A DNA stretch of 64,000 nt. It comes from an uncultured Oscillospiraceae bacterium. GTDB lineage: Bacteria > Bacillota > Clostridia > Oscillospirales > Oscillospiraceae. Below, in pieces: positions 55,101-61,011 of this stretch. Where the stretch lies: positions 11,661 through 75,660 of the forward strand of contig CANQFV010000007.1 in the NCBI GenBank assembly GCA_947599875.1, in the 5' to 3' direction. The notes beneath the pieces are model-generated. The model was not told the origin of the DNA. It did no database searches and was given only the letters and a program-made list of their open reading frames with translations. The position numbers were made by a program, and so were the translations under genes. Positions within the stretch are counted from its first letter, which is position 1. Each line of letters begins with the position of its first letter.

Positions 55101-55185
55101 CAATACTGAGCCATTTGCCCTCGTGTATGGCCCGAAATATGTCTTTGCATACACTCGTCATAACGGTCTCCTTATCATGTCTCAC
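52144..55185 (-). CDS. WYL-like N-terminal domain / SF1 (Upf1-DNA2-like, AAA_11/AAA_12) helicase / C-terminal DUF2726 endonuclease-like fusion protein
   Basis: KWLSIEYRNKDGKLTKYWIGIQDID (WYL-like). GPPGTGKTN, MDEASQC, VGDPQQLDPV, VHAFQGDEKD, VATSRAK. C-terminal FDFVVYER...LAIELDGREH...RD..K. Visibly AT-richer than its surroundings. Confidence 0.85.
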   Translation of the reverse strand: MRHDKETVMTSVCKDIFRAIHEGKWLSIEYRNKDGKLTKYWIGIQDIDLKHKMLRVDGLHLGEMATAELVIYIDSILSSAVLEGTYCAINQRLVGDIALHPEKYTGLFDNIPNLKILNYLSDCNRLDATPYSCEYALIHHFDGEGFTGGSYALSEKQFQEIVRYFQYKAAQEEDNKLKIKQLGLNVMSIHTKQGLYVLAYRKMFLDIEARSLRPDDRITLCREFSISGERVSIHRFLDADDMDLLDDFEENLETIKDVITVTNAKISGVDDMPYLIAIAADIPLDLEHEYAAITTMYNEDRVTAPIQAFFGDLLKRPVRRKSYPIALLDRRVNLDQLLAINNAMRFPLAYIQGPPGTGKTNTILNTIMTAFFNGRTVLFASYNNHPIDSVFKKLRGLTYRGQSIPFPMIRLGNNDKVAHALDDIRDLYERTRNVKIFDSTLDKDRKSKIQRAKQLTELLSNYEEVLDLRERRETVEHLLSENHQLSFQAELQGRQLTEIDARLSEIGDIKNSDALALIDDDGEEFRKYLYYTSAKIIKRLSEPKNRELLDIILMDSENPDRVSSFNKYLNKDENVEAFLRIFPIVSTTCISAHKIGEPRQYFDMVIMDEASQCNIAVSLVPILRGYSLMLVGDPQQLDPVILLDPADNQVLRKKYGVPEEYDYIQNSVYKTYLACDSVSDEVLLRYHYRCHKKIIDFNNRKYYNGKLTILSNSRSDRPLLFVDVSDSDSAIKNTAPGEAEQIVEYVQKHPGENLGIITPFANQRALIDERLRDAGIFNVTCGTVHAFQGDEKDVILFSLGLSDETRQKTYNWLKNNRELINVATSRAKNQLIVLGSDKNLRRLHNADEQDDLFELVEYIKSNGASTVTQRTAISRALGIKPYSSETEAAFMENLNHAIDNILPFGNKYSIRKEVPVSQVFRNNTSYSSLFYTGRFDFVVYERTVGKNELPVLAIELDGREHFEDLVVRERDRRKNDICRDHGFELIRVENTYARRYHYIKDILIRYFTAGRMK

Positions 55186-55222
55186 TGAGCAAAAAGCTGC
55201 GATCTGCTTTAATTCTAAATTA

Positions 55223-55251
55223 ATCTTACCTCAATCTATAAACTTTTTCAA
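55223..55251 (-). promoter_or_regulatory. candidate promoter of the helicase-nuclease gene
   Basis: Minus strand TTGAAA (55251-55246), 17 nt, TAAGAT (55228-55223), in an AT-rich spacer. Confidence 0.3.
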
Positions 55252-55370
55252 GTGACTTTAAAGCGAAGAGCATATTTCCAAAAGCAACTTTTTTGAGAAT
55301 ATATCGAGTGAACTCTGCGGTCAATAACAAGATCAAGAGTAATAATATAACTTTTTGCTTATAAAAAACG

Positions 55371-55452
55371 AAAACTCCCTGATTTCACACGAAATCGGGA
55401 AATTTTTTGGGTGGAGACAACTGAGTTAAGCCCGCGACCTACTGCATGTGAA
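55371..55452 (-). repeat. terminator-hairpin plus degenerate tRNA-3'-half remnant, copy 1
   Basis: CCCTGATTTCACACGAAATCGGG, then TGGGTGGAGAC...GACCTACTGCATGTGAA. Aligns with copy 2 (56796-56878), but the T-arm is no longer foldable. Confidence 0.6.
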
Positions 55453-56716
55453 AAATGACTGGGCGAATTACAGGATCCTTGTCCACGCGTTGAAGTCCAC
55501 GCCCCTGTCTATTGGCGCGGTGTCCCTCTCGGAAAAGGCCAAGGCGCTGGAGATGGCGGCGAGGGATGGCGATGTCCGGTACATTGAGGCGAATCACGCG
55601 GGCTGTATGGCGGATTATAGGGCGCTGCTCGCCGGTATCGACGCCGGCCTGCACGGAAAGGCCGTCCCGGCGGAGGCCGCGGCTGAGGAACCCGCCGTCA
55701 GAGAACACATCCTCGTGGTTGACGACGACAGGATGAATTTGAAAATTGCGGAGAGGCTCCTGAAAAGCTCCTATGATGTGAGCTGTGTGCCCTCCGGGGA
55801 GGAAGCGCTTGCTTTCCTCCGGTCAAAACACCCGGATATGATCCTGCTGGATCTCCATATGCCCGGTATGGACGGCTTTGACGTCCTGAAACAGATCCGT
55901 CAGGACCTGGGCCTCGGCGATATTCCCGTCATCTTCCTGACCGTCGACGACGATCAGAACACAGAGGTAAAGGGCTTCGAGGAGGGCGCGGTAGACTTTA
56001 TCAAAAAGCCGTTTGTGGCGGAGATCATGTTGAGACGCGTTCAGAGAATGTTGGAACTCTCCCGGCTGAGGCACAATCTTGAGGCCGAGGTCCGCAAGCA
56101 GACAAAAAAGGCTGAGGAACGCCGCGAGAGGATGGAGCGCCTCTCTGAGGAGGCGGTCTTGTGCCTGTCCAAGACCATCGACGCCAAGGACAAGTACACC
56201 AACGGCCACTCGGAGCGCGTGGCCAAGTACTCCCGGGAGATCGCCCGCCGCGCCGGAATGAGCGAGATCGAGCAGAAGGACATCTTTTTCATGGGCCTTC
56301 TCCACGACGTGGGCAAGATCGGCGTGCCGGACACGGTGATCAATAAGCCCGGAAAGCTCACCGATGAAGAATTTGCCCTGATCAAAAAACACCCGGTCAC
56401 CGGGTTTGAGATCCTGAAGGACATCACAGAAATGCCCGGAATAGGGCAGGGGGCGCGCTGGCACCATGAGCGCTACGGCGGCGGAGGTTATCCTGACGGC
56501 ATCAGCGGCGAGGACGTCCCCGTCTATGCCCGCATCATCGGCGTGGCCGACGCCTACGACGCCATGACCTCCAAGCGCAGCTACCGCGATGTACTGCCCC
56601 AGGATGTGGTCAGAAGCGAGATCGAAAAGGGCATAGGCACCCAGTTCGACCCCACCTTTGCAAAGATCATGCTGGATATGATCAAAGCGGATGTCCATTA
56701 CGAGATGCACGAGTGA
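55448..56716 (+). CDS. Hpt(fragment)-receiver-HD-GYP response regulator (c-di-GMP phosphodiesterase type)
   Basis: VHALKSTPLSIGA (Hpt His at residue 13, so the domain is N-terminally short). REC (VVDDDRMN...LLDLHMPGMDG). HD-GYP (HSERVAKY, LHDVGK, HHERYGGGGYPDG). Confidence 0.85.
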   Translation: MKNDWANYRILVHALKSTPLSIGAVSLSEKAKALEMAARDGDVRYIEANHAGCMADYRALLAGIDAGLHGKAVPAEAAAEEPAVREHILVVDDDRMNLKIAERLLKSSYDVSCVPSGEEALAFLRSKHPDMILLDLHMPGMDGFDVLKQIRQDLGLGDIPVIFLTVDDDQNTEVKGFEEGAVDFIKKPFVAEIMLRRVQRMLELSRLRHNLEAEVRKQTKKAEERRERMERLSEEAVLCLSKTIDAKDKYTNGHSERVAKYSREIARRAGMSEIEQKDIFFMGLLHDVGKIGVPDTVINKPGKLTDEEFALIKKHPVTGFEILKDITEMPGIGQGARWHHERYGGGGYPDGISGEDVPVYARIIGVADAYDAMTSKRSYRDVLPQDVVRSEIEKGIGTQFDPTFAKIMLDMIKADVHYEMHE

Positions 56717-56748
56717 GAATAGAAAAATGATAAAGGTATAAGGAAAAA

Positions 56749-56781
56749 GAGCCGCTCCTGTGTCAAGAGGAGCGGCTCTTT
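56749..56781 (+). terminator. rho-independent terminator after the HD-GYP gene
   Basis: GAGCCGCTCCT...AGGAGCGGCTC followed by TTT. Confidence 0.65.
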
Positions 56782-56795
56782 GCCGTATATGTACG

Positions 56796-56831
56796 AAAAA
56801 TCCCTGATTTCTCACGAAATCAGGGATTTTT
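56796..56831 (-). terminator. perfect hairpin AAAAATCCCTGATTTC-TCAC-GAAATCAGGGATTTTT directly 3' of the tRNA remnant
   Basis: Read on the minus strand it follows the ...CCACCA end and is followed by a U-run. Confidence 0.7.
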
Positions 56832-56833
56832 GA

Positions 56834-56878
56834 TGGTGGAGACTGCTGGACTCGAACCAGTGACCTCCTGCGTGTGAA
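56834..56878 (-). pseudogene. tRNA 3'-half remnant (anticodon loop to CCA; anticodon position reads CAC), copy 2
   Basis: Minus strand TTCACAC-GCAGG-AGGTC-ACTGG-TTCGAGT-CCAGC-AGTCTCC-A-CCA fits tRNA positions 32-76. No complementary 5' acceptor, D arm or anticodon 5' stem lies upstream. Confidence 0.65.
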
Positions 56879-57171
56879 CCGATTTTCAAAACTTTTTCCG
56901 CCCATTTCTAATGCTTTTTAATGGCTTTTGCTCCAATTCAAATACTCTCCGCCCCTCTTCCCTCCGCCCCGGTACGATGTCTCCGCCCCTGCCTGTGGCG
57001 AAATATGTGGTCAAAACCACCCACTCCCTCACCCGGCTTGCCGGGTGAGGGAGTGTGCGTATTGTAGCTTGGAGGGCGGGGGATGTCAAGTTATTTTGTA
57101 TCGAAAAATTCTTCTGGACTTTCCTCCGACCTTGTGGTATTTGTTGTTCCCGCAAGGAGGAGAGAAGAAAA

Positions 57172-57453
57172 ATGAAGGTAATCGAAGAACTCTGGTACGG
57201 GAACCTAAAAATGTGCGAAAGGGACGTGCCCAAAGACTCGCCGCTCCGCCAGTCCATGAACCGCGTGTCCAGGTCGGAGGAACAGCTCGCTGAAACACTA
57301 AACGAGGAGCAGCGCAAACTTCTGGAGACCCTCATGGACAACCACATGACCCTCACCGCCGACCTCGAACGCGACGCCTTCACATCCGGCCTCCGCCTCG
57401 GCGCGCGGATGATGATGGAGATACTCGCTGCGGACGACAGTCAAAATTTGTGA
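57172..57453 (+). CDS. small conserved Clostridia protein (resembles DUF6809 family common in mobile elements)
   Basis: AAGGAGGAGAG RBS. MKVIEELWYGNL...EEQLAETLNEEQRKLLETL...FTSGLRLGARMMMEIL. Confidence 0.6.
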   Translation: MKVIEELWYGNLKMCERDVPKDSPLRQSMNRVSRSEEQLAETLNEEQRKLLETLMDNHMTLTADLERDAFTSGLRLGARMMMEILAADDSQNL

Positions 57454-57492
57454 CGGTATAAGCAAAAAGAGGGAAATCAGGAAAAGCACTTT

Positions 57493-58593
57493 TCAGAGAG
57501 TGTAAGAAGCGAAATACTCCGCAATCTCCCTCATCCTGTCCTCCTGCTTCACATGGAACGGACAGCGACTCTCGCAATGTCCGCAGTGGAGGCAGTCGGA
57601 GGCGTGGAGGGGGAGGTTGAGGTAGTGGTTCTTCGCCAGCTCGTCGCCGACGCGGGCGAGGTCGTAATATTTGTTGATGAGGCCAACATTCAGGCCGGCG
57701 GGGCAGGGCTGGCAGTGGTTGCAGTAGACGCACACGCCCTCGGCGTCCTGTGGCGTGAAGTGGCTGATGTCCGAATAGTCCAGCTCCTCCGGCGCAGCGT
57801 CCATGTAGTGGAGCACGGTTTTGAGGTCCGCCATGTCCCGGACGCCGGGAAGCACGGTCAGTACGGCGGGGCGATCCAGAGCGTACTGGAAACACTGGAC
57901 GTGGGTGAGGGCGTGGCCGAAAAGGGAGCGTTTTTCGTCAAGGAGCTGGCCTCCGGCGAAGGGCTTCATCACCGAGATGCCCACGCCCATCCTCTCGCAA
58001 TCCCGGTAAAGGGCGGCGCGCTGGGCGACCTCGCCGATGGCGTACTCGCCCTTTTGGTAGTCGTAGGCGGGATTGATGCTGAACATGAATAAATCGATGA
58101 GCCCGGTGTCCAGAACCCGCCTCGCGATGGTGGGGTCGTGGGAGGAGAAGCCCAGGTGACGGATGACGCCGTCCGCCTTGAGACCCTTCATGTAGTCCCA
58201 GAGCCCGCCGTTCAGGACCTCGTCAAGGTCCTCCACGTCGTCCACGCAGTGGATGAAGCCGAAGTCCGTATAATCCATCTTCAGCGTGCGGAAATTCCAA
58301 GCGATCTGCTCCTTGATTTCGTCAAGGTCGCGAGTCCAGCCGTACTCGCCGGTTTTGTAGATCGCGCCGAAGTGCATCTGGGTGAGGATTTTATCCCGCC
58401 TCCCGGAGAAAGCCTCCGCGTAGGCATACCAGGGCGCTTCGACGGACGGTGCAAGGTCAAAGTAGTTGATTCCGTTCCCGATTGCGGCGTTCAGCACGGC
58501 GACCATCTCGTCCTTCGTGCCCGAAAGACTCCCGGCACCAAGGCCGATGACGCTTATTTTCTCGCCCCCGTGGGGCAGTGTGCGATATTCCAT
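57493..58593 (-). CDS. aldo/keto reductase with C-terminal 4Fe-4S motifs (copy B)
   Basis: Paralog of 45845..46945. Start chosen at MEYRTLPHGG as in copy A. Confidence 0.88.
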   Translation of the reverse strand: MEYRTLPHGGEKISVIGLGAGSLSGTKDEMVAVLNAAIGNGINYFDLAPSVEAPWYAYAEAFSGRRDKILTQMHFGAIYKTGEYGWTRDLDEIKEQIAWNFRTLKMDYTDFGFIHCVDDVEDLDEVLNGGLWDYMKGLKADGVIRHLGFSSHDPTIARRVLDTGLIDLFMFSINPAYDYQKGEYAIGEVAQRAALYRDCERMGVGISVMKPFAGGQLLDEKRSLFGHALTHVQCFQYALDRPAVLTVLPGVRDMADLKTVLHYMDAAPEELDYSDISHFTPQDAEGVCVYCNHCQPCPAGLNVGLINKYYDLARVGDELAKNHYLNLPLHASDCLHCGHCESRCPFHVKQEDRMREIAEYFASYTL

Positions 58594-58629
58594 ATGTACC
58601 TCCGAAAAATCCATGTCAGGTGGGCAAGA

Positions 58630-58956
58630 TCAGTCTTCTTTCCACACATCCTTGGCCAGCCGGAACACCGCCCACGCCTTGGGCCAGCCGACGTAGAAGC
58701 CCACATGGGTCACGATGGCGGCGATCTCCTCCCGTGTCACGCCGTGGCCCTTGGCGTTTTCCAGGTGGTAAATGAGGGACGAGTCGGTGATGCCGGAGCT
58801 CATCAGCGCCACAACGGTGATGATACAGCGGGTCTTCAGGTCGATGTCCTGGTTGTTCCAGTTTTCGCCGAAGAGCACGTCGTCGTTGAAGTGGGCAAAG
58901 TCCGGCGCGAAATTGCCGAGCTGGTCTCTGCCCGCGGTTTGAGTGATTTTTTCCAT
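58630..58956 (-). CDS. carboxymuconolactone decarboxylase (CMD/AhpD-like) family protein
   Basis: LKTRCIITVVALMSSG...HLENAKGHGVTREEIAAIVTHVGFYVGWP. Present only in copy B. Confidence 0.82.
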   Translation of the reverse strand: MEKITQTAGRDQLGNFAPDFAHFNDDVLFGENWNNQDIDLKTRCIITVVALMSSGITDSSLIYHLENAKGHGVTREEIAAIVTHVGFYVGWPKAWAVFRLAKDVWKED

Positions 58957-58970
58957 GTGAAACCTCCTCG

Positions 58971-59444
58971 TTATTCCAGAGACAGGGTGATGACTACGTC
59001 GCCGTTTGAGAGCAGCCGCGCCATCTCCTCATCCGATTTGTCCATGATATGTCCGAGCCGTGTGTACGCCCAGGAGTTGGAGCCGTAGAACACCACGATC
59101 TGGTCGCCGGAGTAGAGCACGATGTCGCCGCTCCGCGTCACGGTCTGCGTGTCGTTTCGAGGCAAATCGGTGCCGAGGTACCCCACCTGCTCGAACCCGC
59201 CGTACATGGACATCCGCACCGTGACCGGCCCATCTTTGGCGAGCTCCCGCAGCGTCTCAACGGACTCGTTTTCCTCCCATTCCACCGAAACGTCCGTGTC
59301 GTTGATCCTCATTTTCAATGTCCCGTCCACTTGTATTTCCTCCTCGTCTGTTGTGGATGTCTCCTCTTGTGCCTCCCCACCGGAGCATGATGCGATAGAG
59401 AGAAGCAAGAAGGGGAGAAACAGTAAAATCGTGAGTTTTTTCAT
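58971..59444 (-). CDS. cyclophilin-like-fold lipoprotein (copy B)
   Basis: Lipobox SIASC. Paralog of 46956..47429. Confidence 0.72.
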   Translation of the reverse strand: MKKLTILLFLPFLLLSIASCSGGEAQEETSTTDEEEIQVDGTLKMRINDTDVSVEWEENESVETLRELAKDGPVTVRMSMYGGFEQVGYLGTDLPRNDTQTVTRSGDIVLYSGDQIVVFYGSNSWAYTRLGHIMDKSDEEMARLLSNGDVVITLSLE

Positions 59445-59610
59445 ACGGTTCCTTTCAAATGCTTTGCTGAACAGTATAAATTATACCCGCATCGACCCCG
59501 AATGTAAAGGGCGGAATGCGGGTTTTAATTGATGGTGTAATGCAATTTGGCAATGCTGAACATGGCGAGAATGCGTCAAAATTTGTGACGGTATAAGCAA
59601 AATAGGCAAA

Positions 59611-60483
59611 TTAGGCGTAATGCTCTGCAATCGCCTTGACTTCGGCAAGGTAAGGGAGACCGAAAAGGTTGAGGTGGTTGAGGAGGTGGTAGAGGTTGTA
59701 GAGGTCGCGGCGGGTTGAGTAGGACGGGTCAATGGGGTTGACTTCGTTGTATGCTCGGTAGAAGCGCTCCGGGAAGCCGCCGAAGAGCTCTGTCATGGCC
59801 AGCTCCGCCTCAAAGTGCCCCACATAGGCCGCCGGGTCTATGATCCACGCCTTGCCGTCGGGGCCGCAGACGGCGTTGCCGGACCAAAGATCGCCGTGGA
59901 TGAGAGAGGGAAAGGCTGGCTCTGGGAGAAGAGCGTCAAGGCGCTCGGTAACGCGGGCGAGGTCGTGCCGTGTGCGCTCGTCCAGAAGCCCCCAGGCGAG
60001 CTTCATCTGAGGGATGAGGCGTCGCTCACGGAAGAACGCCACCCAACTTTCCATTGGCGCGTTTTGCTGGGGCGTGGAGCCGATATAGTTGTCGGTTGGA
60101 AAGCCGAAGTTCGACCCGCACTCCGCCCGGTGGAGCGCCGCCAGCTCGTGCCCGAAAGTCTCCCAGTAGTCGGCACGACGTGAGGCGGGGGAGAGATATT
60201 CCATGATCAAAAACGCATCATTCCCGTCCGCTCCGACTGCCAAAGGCTCCGGCACGCCAATGGTCCCGGTTGCCCTCAACGCCTCCAAACCGCGAGCCTC
60301 GGCAGTGAACATGCCAAGAAGCCCGACCCGGTTGCATTTGAGAAAGACGCGCGCGCCGTTGGATAGCTCCAGCCTGTACGCGCGGTTAATATCCCCACCC
60401 GACACCCTCTGCCGGTCAACGACTTTGACTGAGGGACCGAAAAGGGCGGAGATCGCACTATCTATTGAGTTCGCAGAAAGCAT
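59611..60483 (-). CDS. fructosamine/ketosamine kinase family protein (intact copy B)
   Basis: GGDINRAYRL, FLKCN, LIHGDLWSGN. About 290 aa. Confidence 0.85.
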   Translation of the reverse strand: MLSANSIDSAISALFGPSVKVVDRQRVSGGDINRAYRLELSNGARVFLKCNRVGLLGMFTAEARGLEALRATGTIGVPEPLAVGADGNDAFLIMEYLSPASRRADYWETFGHELAALHRAECGSNFGFPTDNYIGSTPQQNAPMESWVAFFRERRLIPQMKLAWGLLDERTRHDLARVTERLDALLPEPAFPSLIHGDLWSGNAVCGPDGKAWIIDPAAYVGHFEAELAMTELFGGFPERFYRAYNEVNPIDPSYSTRRDLYNLYHLLNHLNLFGLPYLAEVKAIAEHYA

Positions 60484-60570
60484 TGTCATCACCCAAGCCA
60501 ATTTAGTAAATCCATTTTACTCCAAGCTGCGCTTGTTTTCAATATACCGCGTCGTGACGGACATTGTTTG

Positions 60571-60599
60571 TTGAAATCGGCAGAAACATGGGGTATAAT
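60571..60599 (+). promoter_or_regulatory. sigma-A promoter, copy B
   Basis: TTGAAA (60571-60576), 17 nt, TATAAT (60594-60599). Confidence 0.55.
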
Positions 60600-60630
60600 A
60601 TTGGAAAAGCACAGGAAAAGAGGCGGCTCT

Positions 60631-60960
60631 ATGCCCAAAATTACATACAACAAACTCATCCGGGACCGTATTCCGGAGATCATTGAAGCCTCTGGGAAAA
60701 GCTGCGTAGTGGAGACGCTGAGTGACGATGACTACCTCCGGGCAATTGACGTAAAGCTGGACGAGGAGCTGGCGGAGTATCATGAGGAGCAGAACATCGA
60801 GGAGCTGGCCGACCTCATGGAGGTCATCCGCGCCGCCGCTGTTGCCCGCGGGTACACGGTTGAGGAGCTGGAGCGGGTGCGCGCGGAAAAGGCCGCCAAG
60901 CGGGGCGGATTTGAGAAGAAGCTGTTCCTCAGAGAGGTTTTTGAGAAGAACACCAAATAA
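60631..60960 (+). CDS. MazG-like / PRA-PH-like nucleoside triphosphate pyrophosphohydrolase (intact, 109 aa)
   Basis: YNKLIRDRIPEII...EELAEY..E...EELADLMEV (EExxE/D metal motifs). Confidence 0.78.
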   Translation: MPKITYNKLIRDRIPEIIEASGKSCVVETLSDDDYLRAIDVKLDEELAEYHEEQNIEELADLMEVIRAAAVARGYTVEELERVRAEKAAKRGGFEKKLFLREVFEKNTK

Positions 60961-61011
60961 TCGTTTCTGGAAATAATAACCATTTTTGATATCAGGAATC
61001 GAGGTGCCCAT

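Noticed and set aside
56834-56910. Intact tRNA gene on the minus strand
   Set aside because: Only positions 32-76 can be folded. The upstream sequence (GGGCGGAAAAAGTTTTGAAAATCGG) offers no 5' acceptor strand complementary to AGTCTCC, no D-arm and no 5' anticodon stem. It is annotated as a remnant instead.
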